In this document: piece by piece, positions 36,196-48,639 of the stretch
Layout: each line of letters starts with the position of its first letter
How positions within the stretch are numbered: the stretch's first letter is position 1
Assembly (NCBI GenBank): GCA_907165135.1
Contig: OU015567.1
Location: 5,580,001 to 5,644,000 of the forward strand
Direction: 5' to 3'
DNA from: Oikopleura dioica
Taxonomy: Eukaryota; Animalia; Chordata
Length of the DNA: 64,000 bases
Made by a program: the position numbers and the translations under genes
The notes under the pieces: generated by a model
Databases searched by the model: none
What the model saw: only the letters and a program-made list of their open reading frames with translations
What the model was told of the DNA's origin: nothing

Positions 36196-37558
36196 TTAGG
36201 ACTTCGCATTTTCCTCCCAATACGAAATCATCTCGTAGGAAACAGAGCTTCCACCGCAAACGACGTTGACAATCGGCCCTTCTCCGATTTGAATATCGCT
36301 CAGATATTTGTCAGCGAAATAAGTCGCGGCAAGAGCGGCTCCACAAGAAGGTTCGACGAAGAATTTGTGATGCGCCAGGAAGTTTTTGACGCTGAAAAAA
36401 ATCAGATTTTTTTGAAGAATAATGACTGTTTCACCTCTGAATAGCTTCAGTATCGTGGCAGACTTTGGAAATGACTCCTCCAGGATACGATTTTGCGGCT
36501 TCAAACACTTCAGCAGCGACCGACTTGGTGCCCAGAGATTTGGCGATCGAGTCGATGGCCGGCAAAGTGGCGAGAACTCCAGTTTTCATCGATTGGTTCA
36601 GGCTATCAGTTCCGTTCGTTTCCATGGCAAGCACGGGCACGTCTTGCCATTTTTGAGGATTTCAAAGACTCTATTTTCCTATCGAAAGTAACAGACTTTC
36701 AAATCCCTTGTCAATTATTCTTCTTCAAACCAATTAGCACGCCCATCAACAGTCCTCCTCCGCCAACGGCGCAAATAACCAGCCCTGGCTTCTTCCCCTT
36801 TAGCTGAGTCACAAGTTCATCAACCAAAGAAGCGTGCCCTTCCCAAATAACCGGGTGGTTGAACGGATGAATGTACAAAACCGAGTCATCGACCAGCTTT
36901 TTCATCGCTTCTTCATTCGCTTCGTCCCAGATTTCGCTAAAACCTGTTTTCCTCGTTGATTTCAATTTTAAAATGTACCCGTGATAAATGACCTCGGCCC
37001 CGTGTTCGGAAATATTCGCCGCTGCGAAGTCCGGCGTCGATTTCGGCAGGAAAACAGAACAGGGAAGACCACTCTTTGCACAAGCATAAGCAGCGGCCAT
37101 TCCTGCGTTTCCAGCGCTCGAAGCCACTGCGGTTTTCTACGATAGTTCGATTTTTGCCCAAAAAGAAGAAATTACCTTTCCATCAAGTTTTGCCTTTTGA
37201 ACTAGTCTTCCAATACCTCTTATTTTGAAAGAACCAGCTGGTTGAAGATTGTCCAGTTTCAGCAACACTTCATGTTTCGCCAGATCTGATAGCTTCGGGG
37301 ATTCAGCTAAGCAAGGGCGCAAAAACCTGTGTAGAAGCCTGAGTCAGGGACCTAAGTAAGGTCTTTTAAAGACCTCTCGATCTATTCTACCAATTCTGCG
37401 GCTTCTTTGAGCAAAAAAGCCGCGCGATATCTTTATTCACAGCTTTTTCAGGACCTCGAGTCAGGTTTTAACACAGGTTGTCGAGCCCAGGCTAGAGGAG
37501 AAACGATATGAAGATGACTTGATTGATCATTTTCATATTCGTATGAAAATTTGCCCAT
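36196..37558 (-). CDS. SDS-like: L-serine dehydratase (PLP-dependent, SDS/SDSL-like)
   Basis: HLHIVSPL|AESPKLS...LKLDNLQPAGSFKIRG, SSAGNAG, HPFNHP, AVGGGGL, VLAMET, VEPSCGAALAA, VCGG. Confidence 0.9.
37307..37494. mobile_element. CCTGAGTCAGG-family MITE inserted in SDS exon 1, flanked by TAG(C) direct repeats
   Basis: TIRs at both ends; removing 37491-37307 restores CTA GCT GAA (L-A-E). Confidence 0.85.
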
Positions 37559-37941
37559 TTTTAAAACTGATTTTATGAAAAAATTTTTGTAAAAAAGCAT
37601 TTTCATTCTAGAGAAACTTGAATTTTACTGCGACCAGCTGTGCCAGGGACAACAATAATTTGTCAAAGACGTCGAGCGTGAAGAACTCGTGGACTTCCGA
37701 TCGTCCTGGGCCGATCACTCACCGTGAGCTTCTTATTTTGACGCGGCGGAAGTGGATGGTCACGCTTATTTGGTTTCATTGCCGTTGTGACCTACCGCTG
37801 CCTCCCATTTTTAATCCCGTTTTCAAGGGGAAATTCAATCTTCTATAAGTCACAAGGCTCAAAAAATGGATAAACCGGAGGGTTTCTTTCCGATTTGATC
37901 GCATATTTAATGGTTTTTCTGAAATTTCGAAAAGGGCCTGA

Positions 37942-38100
37942 AAAAGCTTGAATCAGAAGCCGCGTAGCGGCTTTTTTGAAAATAAAGCCCCAGAGCGGCT
38001 TGGCCAAAATTTTCATTATTTCTTATCTTTTATTCTGGCGAAACCGCTTTGCGGCTTCGTTTTCAAAAAGCCGCTACGCGGCTTTTCATTCAAGCTTTTT
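37942..38100. repeat. About 160-bp hairpin built from AAGCCGC-N3-GCGGCTT modules
   Basis: aaaagcttgaatcagaagccgcgtagcggctttt... / ...aaaagccgctacgcggcttttcattcaagctttt. Confidence 0.8.
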
Positions 38101-38647
38101 TAGGCGCTGACTCAGGTTTCAGACAGAGCCCCTGAAGCCGTCAGAATTCGAAAACAGTAGTGGCAAAATCGGAAAATTACACAGTTTGAATGATTTTTTG
38201 ATAATTTGGCTAATCCTTCTCGCGCCTGGTTCCCGCGCACCTGGCGCATCAAGCGTCCCCGGATTGACCTTGAAATCCTCAAATCTCGAAAAAGCTAATT
38301 TACTAACGATTAGTGATCGTTTTTGACCTTTTTTCGTCGAAACGCTTGAGTGCAGATTCTCTTTTTTCTGTTTCTGGCTGGTTTTGACGCTCGGAACTCG
38401 TCAATCACCATCAAAGGACACGATTTAGCAGCCTAATTTAATACTTCCTATTTGCTTTGAATTGACGACTTCCTCATTTTTTGAAAAGGAAGAAGGGGAA
38501 GACCGTTAATTTTTGTGAACTGATTGAGATTCATCATTTTTATTGAAAATAAGTCGAAAAGAGAAATGACGATAAAATGATGCTGAGTTGGAAAACCTGT
38601 GTAAAAACCTGAGTCAGGGTCCTAAAACTGAATAAATCTTCAAAAAG

Positions 38648-38855
38648 ATGAAACCAAGGAGCGTCAGAAGCGTCGGAGATTGCGAAGAAGATTCAAAGAT
38701 CTGCATCAAAAAAGGCATTTTCGCGCCTTGTTCGCGAAATTTCCGCGGCCGCTTCAAAGAAACTGGGTTTTACAAGGAGGCCCAGGTGGAAACAGCGGAG
38801 GTGCGATCTTTCTTTCAAATCTTTTCCTGCTTTTTTCGGCATTTTTGAGTGGAGA
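38648..38855 (+). pseudogene. Possible degenerate histone H3/CenH3-like fragment
   Basis: One frame reads EIAKKIQRS..KKAFSRLVREIS...RW...AFFGIFE; no start codon or tail; bracketed by two same-orientation TIRs. Confidence 0.3.
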
Positions 38856-41800
38856 AGGGCTTTGGCTCGACATCCTGTGTTGTAACCTGAGTCAGGGTCC
38901 TGAAACAGCTTTTAAAGATTTCAAATTTATTTGGCGGCTTTGAGAAATTGATATCAGAGCCGCACTTATCGGGGCTTTTTTCATAATTTTAGGTCATTAA
39001 AACATCAGTTCAACTGAAATTCATCAAGGCAGTACCTCATCCTAACCCCTTCCCTACCTCGTATCTCGCCAAAGTTCCCTCAACTCCATCATCAATCAAG
39101 TTACAGTCAATTTTCTCGAGCAGCTGGGGACTGAAAAATGGCGAGTGGGCTCGATGGCGCGCTAGAGCGGCGCAACGCGCTACGGACCGCGTATTGAAAC
39201 GCGCTTTTCTCCAAAAAAAACGCGACGAGAAAAAGAAATCAACTGAGCGACAATATTTTTCATAAAAAAGGGCTTTTCAAAAAAGAGATTTTTCAGAAGA
39301 AAAATGAAGATTTGAAAGAAAAAATGGGAAATTCGAATCAAAGACATTTTGGACTTCAAGAAAATCCAATTCAAGGTAATTTTTAAAATATTTTTTGTTG
39401 AAAATTCGGGTTTTTGATTGGGCAAGCTATTTTTTGAGAACTTTGATTTGTCAGTTTCTATTTCTAATAAAAGCTTTTTTAAATCGAAAAAGAAGCCATA
39501 GATTTTCCTCTTTTTTTTAGCAATTATCATGTAACAATGTATAAAGCCATAATTTATGCTTTTGTCAAAAGCCATAAAATATTTTCTTCCCTGGGAAGAC
39601 ATCATTATTTCTACAAAGAAGATGGTTCGTTTTTGTAGCTTCTTATTTTTGTTTTTGCTCAGCTGCCTTATCAAATATTTATCAAACTCTCTCGGAAATA
39701 AGCCAACCGGAAATTGGCCTCAAAATTTCGGACTACTAAGCCAGTGACTCGGAGATTTTGGGGTGGTCTGGCGGCCGAAAGCCTGTGTTAAAAACCTGAG
39801 TCAGGTGAAAGAGGCCCCATTAGAGCCCTCTGAAGAAGCTAAATAGGATCATTACTGCTAAAAGAAAATATCTTTTGGCTGAAAGCGGCCTCGGCCGTGC
39901 TATAAAGCGGAAGCCGCGGAGTTCCGGCGACGGAAATGAGCCGATTTTGCGCCTCTCTGACCGGCTTCCGCATTTAAATTGCCAGGCCACGACATCAACA
40001 AACTGAACTCGATTTAACTCGCTTTTGGAAATAATAAGCAAGAATGAGCCGCATGCGGCTTTTTTGTTGAAAAATAAAATTTTTAAAGCATTCTTTTGAG
40101 CAGCTGTTTTGGATGGAAAAAGCCGCATGCGGCTTTCAAATTTGAGTGCTACATTCTCACAGATCAAATCAAGAAGCCGCGCGCGGCTCTTATCTAAAAA
40201 GCAGTTTTGCAAAAATTAAGAAAATCAGAAGAAAAATGCACGAATTAATCCTCTTTTGGGAAAGCATGTCTTTTCCGTCGGAATAAAGCGAGCTTTGGCA
40301 GCGCCAGGCTGGCATTCTCGCCGGAACAAATTTTGAAATGAAACGGAAGTGGCATTGCGTTGAGTAATGACAAGCCAACTGGCTGGGCCCACAGCCGCGC
40401 GAGCAGATATTTCCGCTCAAATCTGAGCTCATTTGATGCTGTTTTCTTGCATTATTTCGCGCGGCTATTTCAATTTTGTTTCAAATTCAAGCTTGTTTTT
40501 TGAAAAGAAAAGCCGCGGGCGGCTTCTTTTGAAGGGCTTTTTGAAACAAAGAATTTCCTTCATTCTTCGGAAAAATATTTGCGTGAATATTTGCTCGTTG
40601 AATTTCGCGCTGAACTGTGGCCCGGATGTGATTCTGTCAACGACCATCCGGGGCATTTCTCAATGATTCCGGTCGATATTATTTTTCTTCCAAAATTCTG
40701 ATTCTCGAGGTCGGCCCGCTTATTTCATAAAGCGTCTATCATTTGATAAAGGAGCGGTGGACAAATACTTCAGCTCCAAAACGCACCGGAACGCGCCTGA
40801 GGCTAGGAAATAGGAAAATTCCAATTGAGGGCCAGACAACCTGAGTCGAAAACCTGAGTCAGGATTTTGAATATAAAAAATAAAAAGCCGCAAAGCAGCT
40901 TCGCTTGAATCTTCATTGATTTAAAAAATATGACTTTTGCGGCTTCGATTTTATAAAAGCCGCTTTGCCATTCGAAGAACAGATTGCCGCACTGAAGATT
41001 ATGGTGTAAAGCGGAGAAGGATGTAGGATAAGTGCTTTAGAAAGAAGGAAATCGAGGTTTCCCGAGGGAAATCCGCGGCTCTCCGAACTGAAGAGAATCA
41101 GCTTTGTACTAAAATTTCGTCTCGCATCCCTTTTTTACTGCAGATGCGTGTTTCTTCGTGTCCAAAAATAGCGAGTTCCAAAAATCGAATATTTTTATGG
41201 GAAGCGGGCCGCGCTATCGCCCGCGTATCGCCCTGTTCTCCCGGTCCCAGGCCGCACAACTTCCGCCTCACAGGAAACCGAAAATCTATCGAAATCTATC
41301 GAAAATCCTCTCTTCCTGACCTCAGGTCAAAATCGCTATTGATGGAATCAAAGTACGATTCTTCAACTAAACTTTTTTTTTTATTTCTTTTTGGATATTT
41401 TTTTGACTTTTGTTTTGGAAAAAAAAAGATAAAAGAAAAAAGCCGCAAGTTTTTGATTTTGTCATTTCCGGAACAGGAAACGCCTCGTTAAAATTGCCGA
41501 AAAAGCGCGATAAATTTTTATTGTTGGAAAGCCATTTTGTTATTATCCCGTTTTACGGCGACAAAACGGCATAATCAGAAAATCGAAAAATATAAAAACG
41601 AAACTTCATGACTCTCGATTTCCGAATGTTGGAATTAGCAAGGGGATTAGCTCATTTTTCCTCCTTTTCGGGACAAAAGCGGAAGTACGCCTCCCTGAGC
41701 ACTAAAGCAGCGTTATAAATTGATAATGTCGCTGCACGTGTTTTTTGATAAGTGGCAATACTGTGTCTAGCCAAGCGAGAAAAGGAAAGAAGGCCAGAAA

Positions 41801-41941
41801 AAACAGAAGGGCACTCGACCGATATGCGCCAAATTCTCAGCCGCAGATTGATAAAAAACGCGCTCCCTCTTTTTCTTTATCTTATCGAAAAATACACAAA
41901 AAAACTTCCAAAAAGAAGAAGCAAAACTAAGAACTAAGGGA

Positions 41942-42080
41942 AGGCAACCTGTCTAGAAAACCTGAGTCAGGTTCTGAGGGCTTAAATGAAAAGCCGCGCA
42001 GCGGCTTTTTTTTAAACGAAGCTGCTTTTCATTTAAGTTCTTCAGAACCTGACTCAGGTTTTCTACACATGTTTCCGAGC
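41942..42080. mobile_element. CCTGAGTCAGG-family MITE with central AAGCCGC palindrome
   Basis: ggcaacctgtctagaaaacctgagtcaggttctga ... tcagaacctgactcaggttttctacac. Confidence 0.85.
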
Positions 42081-42685
42081 TTATTCTAATGTTTTTTTGA
42101 GGATGAAGCTTTGCGGCTCAATTTCTAAAAGCCGTTATGCGGCTTTCTCTGGAATATCTTTGAGAATTTGATTTTGCTTTTGCTGAGAATTCCTTTGGCA
42201 GGAGATCCTCCTAGGAAGTCTCCCAGCTCCTCTTGAGCCAAGACGAGCGGGAAGTGTGATCCTGGCTGACTGGGGAAAGAGTCGAGTGAGAGAGAGATGG
42301 AGCCGGAAAGACACTTGCCGGAGGACGGATGAGTGAGTAGGCAACGCGGAAACACAAAAACTCGGCGCCTTTTGCGACACACATCCGCGAGGGGAAGTTG
42401 TCATTTCCTCGGGTAGACAGCGCTTTTTTTCGATCAGAGTTCAAGTTGCTTCGAAATTCCTTTTCGGAGTATTCCCTTATCAAGGATGCGCGCCATCCCC
42501 TCGCCGGCCCCGGTGGTTTGTCGATAATGTCGGAGATGAATATTTACTGCTTATCTCTTCTTCCTTCTGATTGCCCGCAATCGCCAGTTGATATGGTCGT
42601 TTGGCGGAGATTTGGCAAAATTTCAAATCAGTTGAATTTCGTTTTCTGATAAGAGTACTTTTCAAATATGTCTAGATCAAATTTC

Positions 42686-42848
42686 GGCTCGGCAGCCTGT
42701 GTAAAAAACCTGAGTCAGGGTCTGAGAGGGCAAAAATGAAAATTTTGGCAAAGCCGCTTTGCGGCTTCTTTTCAAAATTAGCCGCTACCCGGCTTTTCAT
42801 TTTTGCTCTCTTGGACCCTGACTCAGTTTTTACACAGGTTTCTGAGTC
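42686..42848. mobile_element. CCTGAGTCAGG-family MITE
   Basis: ggctcggcagcctgtgtaaaaaacctgagtcaggg ... gaccctgactcagtttttacacagg. Confidence 0.85.
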
Positions 42849-42987
42849 GCGCCCTGAGTCAGAAGACCAATATTACTTTCCAAACTTATCCCACCCGATG
42901 GTAATACAATAAAATAAAAGTCGGAAGTGAGGTTAAAGTTCTCGAAGCAAAAAGGCGCTAAAATAAAGCTGAGATTTTGATTGCGGC

Positions 42988-43620
42988 TCATCGCGGAAGC
43001 TCGCTGTCTCCGATGTGATCAGGAGCTGCCTGCGATTCTTCCGCGCCGTATTCCGGAGTGTTTCCGCCCCTCAGCATTATGGATAATGCCACATTACTTC
43101 CGAGCAATATAAACCCGAATTTATACCACCCTTCTGAGTCGATGAACTTTTCCTTCAAGAATTCATCGAAAAGGAATTTGAACTTCTCGAAAATCATACA
43201 AAATTTGCTCAGAAACCTGTGTATAAAACCTGAGTCAGGGTCGTTCATTATTTCTAAAGGCTTTTTGTTAAAGATCATTGAGGACCCTGACTCAGGTTTT
43301 TTACACAGGCTTCTGAGCCCAAGCTAAGGCTTAGACATAAGACCTGACTCAGGCCCTGTTTTTCCCACACAGAACCTGTCGAATTTGTTCGGAGCTTCCT
43401 TTATTTGCCCCCTATATCACTTTGTTGCCCATATCACTTTTCAAAGCGCCGAAACTACTATTTTCTCCGGCCAAACAAATGACCCATGAAATCATTTCTT
43501 CAAAAGGGAGGATCCGCCAACCCACCGACCCCAGCAAATTGTCACACGACAGCTTAGACAGATCAGCCGCCCAAAAGACAGATCCTTTATCGCGAAATTT
43601 TCGCTTGAAGAAAAATAATT
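42988..43620 (-). CDS. Possible hypothetical gene fragments flanking the 43.2-kb MITE
   Basis: Open coding-like segments GWRILPFEEMISWVICLAGE and FLFDEFLKEKFIDSEGWYKFGFILLG; no family recognised. Confidence 0.2.
43206..43326. mobile_element. CCTGAGTCAGG-family MITE
   Basis: aaacctgtgtataaaacctgagtcaggg ... ccctgactcaggttttttacacaggcttctgagcccaagcta. Confidence 0.85.
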
Positions 43621-44209
43621 TTTTGGCGAAAGAAGTTTTATTGGAACCCAAGATGCTTTTTTGATTACAATTATGCTCCACTAAAAATCCTGGTTTTTGC
43701 CGCAGCTGAGCTCGTAAAAGCGAGGTTACACGAGGAAGTCGCTTGGCATTTGAAATTTATTTCATCCGGAAGCGCCGCCAGTAACAAAGGAAGTCAATAA
43801 AAACAGACACATCCACTATTTTTCCTACTCATTTTTTCTTTTGCCGGAACTTTAAGCCCGTTCCTTTTTCTTGTTCAAAATCGTTCGAGGTGTTAAGGAG
43901 CTTCAATAAATCCAAATTTAATTAAGGTGCTTACGGCCAAAAATGGATTTTGTGAGCCTCTTATTAAGAAAAAATGTCTTTCGAAAAATTCTAGAATAAA
44001 AAAAGCGGAGGTCGGAAACAGGCGGCTGGCAGCATCTCTTCCGTCGCCAAATATTTGCGCTGGCGATAAAAATTAATACTGGGCGCGTTCTATTGACTGA
44101 TTTGTGGTAGAGTTGATCTAATAAATCCGTTAAGATCAATTTTTCAATCATCGTTTTTTTGCTTTTTCCGCAAAAATCTTTCAAGAATCTTTTTCATTGA
44201 AATTTCCTG

Positions 44210-44353
44210 AGCTGAAGCCTGTGTAGAAACCTGAGTCAGGGTTCTAAAAGTGCTTTGTGATAGAAAGCTGCCTTGCGGCTTCGTTTTTGAAAAGCCGCAC
44301 CGCGGCTTTTTATTTTATTTCGGTCAGGACCCTGACTCAGGTTTCTACACAGG
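44210..44353. mobile_element. CCTGAGTCAGG-family MITE upstream of or within the 5' end of the ankyrin gene
   Basis: gcctgtgtagaaacctgagtcaggg ... ccctgactcaggtttctacacagg. Confidence 0.85.
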
Positions 44354-44421
44354 TATTTAATCAGGAAAACCAGCCCTTAATCTTTGATAATCATTTTTCT
44401 TTTGTTAACAATTTTAATTTA

Positions 44422-47404
44422 GGCGTGGACATCTCCAAACTCGAGAAATCAATCAAATCCGGCGAAAAACTCTCCGAAAAAACGCAAAGAAAAGCGCTCT
44501 TCACCGCCGTCGAATCCAATCACGCCGAGTTTCTCCAGTCGTTGATTAAATTCGGCGTCAATGTGAATCTCCATCGACCGAGGGATGGTTTTACGCCGCT
44601 GCACATAGCTGCTGGCTCCTATTTGCCCCAGATTACGGAGATTTTGGTTGAAGCTGGGGCTGATCCCAGCAAATGCGATATTTTGGGAAGAACTCCGATT
44701 TGGTAAGTTTGAATAAAAAGCTGCTCTTTTCTTCAAAATCTTGAAAGAACACGCTCTCATCATTGATTCCAGGGTCGCAGCGAGAATGGGCGCCACCAAG
44801 ATCCTCGAACTCCTCCTCGCTTCCCCCAAATCCGCCCAAGCCATCAACAAAACCGACAAAACCGGCCGCACTCCCCTGATGACCGCTGCCGCCCGAGCCC
44901 ACCACGATCCCTCCCTTGCCGCACTCCTCCTCAAAAATGGCTCAAAAGCGCGAGCGACGGACAAAGATGGTCAAACGATTGCTCACATCGCCGCAACAGT
45001 TGGGGATGAACAAGTTTTGCAAGAGGTTCTTCAAGTTGTTCCTGACCTGGCTTTTGCAAAGGACGCGAGGCAGAATACGCCGCTGCATTTGGCGACGGAA
45101 AGGGGGCAGATTAACTGCGTCAATTTGCTGTTGAAAACTGGTGGTGCTTCTAAGGTACCCTTTTCCTTCTGAAACATTTTTCTCATTATCTTCTAGGGCG
45201 TCAACCTGACCAATGAAAAGAAGCGAACAGCCTTGTGGCTCGCATCAGAACGCGGGGACGCCTCACTCGTCACGACTCTCCTCCGCGGTGGAGCAAGTCT
45301 GCAGCCAACTGACAAGCAAGGCTGGAATGCTCTCCGCGCCGCAGTCTACTCCTTATCGCCTCAAACAGTTGAGCTCCTCCTCCTCGCCTCAAAGAGCTCC
45401 GCTTCCAGCAAAGTCGACGTCAACGCCCAGTGCTCTGCCGGCATCACTGCTCTCCACAGCGCTGCGTTTTACGATGTCATCGGCGATGTCACCAAATGTC
45501 TCTTGAAGCACAAGGCATCAGTGAGCATCAAGGACAAGAAGGGCAAGACGCCACTCTTTGTCGCCGTCGAAGTTGGAAACACAAACGCAGTGGCGATTTT
45601 GTTGAAAAACGGGGCTTGCCCAAACTCGAAAAATGCAAAAGGAAAGTCGATTCTTCAAAAATCAAAGGGCAAAGGAGAATGCGAAAAGCTCCTCCGCGAA
45701 GCCATGAGCCCAGTTTCCACTCGATCAGGGGCCTCTCAAGCGCCTGCCATTCCAACAAAGCGGCTCATGACCGATCAATCTGGCCAAGCGTCCCTCGCCC
45801 TTGGATCAACCGGCTCCACGGGCGATTCTTTTACATCGAGCGATGGGCGGCTTTCCGAAGATCTTTCTCAGCGACTCGGACAAAACATCAACAGATCCGG
45901 GTCAAAAGGCACTCTTGGCGGCATCTCTACCACTTCCACCAGCATCTACGGCTCGGTCAAAGCCACCACCGTCTCTGGAATCGTCCGATCAATCCGAAAA
46001 CGACCCGGAAATTCGAAGAACCAGCCCAAGGTCTCTGGACGAACCTGTCTACCTGCCAAGCTCCCGGCGAACACGGGTCAACCTTCTTCAGTCCAATGCT
46101 CTGGCGTCGGAGTCCGAGAAGCGAGACTACATCTTCACGGCTGCGCGGTGCTTGAATTTGAAGCAGGCACGCTGAGATGCGAAAGGAGATTGTACGCAAA
46201 AATCCTTGATGCAAGCGAAGAAAAATTGCAAAGCTTGATTCGAAATGACAATTTGAATCTTCCAGCGTCAAGTCAGCTTGGATCAAAGCCGATTGAAATT
46301 GACATTCCAGGTAAAAAACTTCCTCAAATTTCATCCCTTATTTTCTCTTCAGGATCGCCAGGAAGCCTTCTCAAGCCAGCAAAACTCCTCCTTCGCGCTG
46401 CAAAAGACATGCCCGGCACTGAACTTCGCGTTTTCCGAAAATCTCATCGCGGCTGGGAAGAGCTCGAAATTCTCGACCAAGAAAAACTGCCTTCCGAAAA
46501 TCGCTTGTGGGTGGAAACTGATGTTCTCGGAACATTCGTTGTTCTTTTCTGTGCGACGAGGAGTATTCACAGCGTGACGGAGAAGCCGATCGAGCTCTTT
46601 TCTGGAATCTCGGTTGTTTCCAAAACCGGGCCGGTTGATGTCGTTTGCGAGATGGAACCGCCAGTTGATGATATCGAGCGAAGACTGGACAGTGAAATCA
46701 TAGAGGACTCCTCGATCGCCTCCAATCCTTACTCCGCTCCTTCTTCTACCGCGTCTCATTCCGACGCTTGCGCTCCTCATTCTTCCGTTTTCTTCCTTCG
46801 CCTCCTCGACCAATCATCAACCGAAGCTTCAAAAGTCCAGCTTTCTCTCCCTCCAGGATTCAAGATCGGCAAAAGCACCGCCGACCCGAACAAGTTTGAA
46901 GAATCGGAAAAAGAGGTCATTTTGGAAAATGGAAAAAAAAGTGCTTTCTGCGTCTGGAGAGCTTCGAAGCCGGAGGAAAAGGTGGTTCATGTCGAAAGAT
47001 TTCATCAAATGCCGCTGAGACTTTTTGTGAAGTTGATTCAGAATTCGAAGAAAATCACACTCAAAAGTGAGTTCCTTTTTCAGAAATTTTTGTTTATTAG
47101 AAAATGTTGTTTTCTCCCTTGATTTCAACGATCTTTTTTAGTCTCCGTTCAAGACGACGACGATGCTCGAGAACTCGTTTGCTCCGAATCCGAAAAAGTC
47201 GACATCAGCTCTGGCGGCCTGGTCCAAATGAAGGGCGTCCAAGTTTGCGTCAATCGCGGACTCATGCCTCTCGAAATCCCTCTCCGAGTCAAAGAGCTGC
47301 CAAGTTCTGCTCCGGGCGTCGCATTCACTGACAAAAGCCATATTCTCATCAAGGCTAGCAAAAGAGCGATCACGATTCCCTTTTCAATGCCGTCCAGATC
47401 TTGA
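44422..47404 (+). CDS. Ankyrin-repeat protein with Ser/Thr-rich linker and ZU5-like C-terminal region; first exon not located
   Basis: Repeated TPLH/TPLM/TALW/TPLF ankyrin motifs across exons with GT-AG introns; GTFVVLF beta-rich segment; stop near 47404. Confidence 0.85.
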
Positions 47405-47509
47405 GACGGTTTTCTGTATATTTTGATCTGTAAATAACTATTTAATAATAAATATTATGCTGCTCAAAGTAATGAAATTTGAAGATATATTTCTGCATAG
47501 AAAAGGGTC

Positions 47510-48319
47510 TCAAAAATAAAGTGAAAGGTAGTCCAGTCGTCTGCAGTATCGTTTGTGCTCTTTCTCCTCGATCAGAATAGATCGGGTCGGATTCAGAGGA
47601 ACTCTTCGTTTTTCTTTCATACTCGCTTCAATGGGTTCATAAATTTAAATTAACATGTTCGTGGCGCGAAAAACCTCTTGGACATTAGATATCAAACTCA
47701 TCAAAAAGCCTATCTGAAATGCTTTTACAGATCAAAAGACTTTACCTTAATGGTGTGCGAAATATCATACTAGATTCTAGAACTTTCCTGGTGCTCTTCT
47801 CCAATGCTTGACCTGCCTGCCAAAGTCCTCCGTTACATTGTAGCTCCCGATCGTTGGCCCAAGAACTGTCTTTTCTTTCTGAAACCTCGGTCCCTTTTGA
47901 GAATTGAAAGGGAGGAAAGAATCGCGGGAAACTTTTTCATCGTGAATTCTTCGAAAATAGAAATTTGGTGGGACACCAGATTCGACTTGATCCTCAAAGC
48001 GCTTGCTTTTTCGTCCTCCGATGATGTATCCTTTTGGGCTGAACAAGGGTCTTGCACTAGAATTGAGAAGTAAGGGAGTACCTGAGGATATTTGGGCTGA
48101 AATTAGAGACGAATGTCGTTTGTCTATCAATATCGTATTTTCCTAAAGAGTATTTTTACTCATAAGAGCTTTCTTTTTGAGGAAAACACCTGGTCCCATC
48201 TTTGGATCCTGATAGAGCACAGGCAGCAAATTCTCGTTACCAACTCTATCGGGCTGTACAAACGACGGAAACGTTCTCTTATCGCCGCCTCTGCCAAATG
48301 CTACATGTTTTATTGACAT
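47510..48319 (-). CDS. PIFO-like: Pitchfork/CIMAP3-like ciliary protein
   Basis: VAFGRGGDKRTFP...DRVGNE...GP, SPKGYIIGGRKSKRF, FLPFNS..PRF, GSYN, C-terminal RRLDYLSLYF* parallel PIFO motifs. Confidence 0.7.
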
Positions 48320-48639
48320 TTCTCAAATCCCAAAATATCAGCGTTAAAATCGAAAATGAGGAAAAAGAAATGTTTTGCTTGGTGCTTTTTGGATTTTGGC
48401 GAGACTGTTGACAGGGAATGGCACTTCAGTAATCACTTTTTATTCACAGTGGATAGCTCACCTTGGTTACGCTTGTACAAAAATGCAAAGTTCACCATTA
48501 CAGTAACGCAAACAGGGGAACAATAAACTTGGTTGTGAAAGTTGGGACAATGCTTTTAAGCAATAAAATGCCTTATTATTTTATTGAAAGACATTTGAAA
48601 GAAGACGCATTCGTAAGAGCCGATCAAGTCTTCGCCTCA

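Noticed and set aside
42470-42510. MutS-like IKDARHPL
   Set aside because: No Walker A or other MutS motifs follow
39000-42650. Short ORFs in the gene-poor island, e.g. 40190-40656 and 41144-41491
   Set aside because: Interrupted by stops and repeat modules, with no recognisable family; at most decayed fragments
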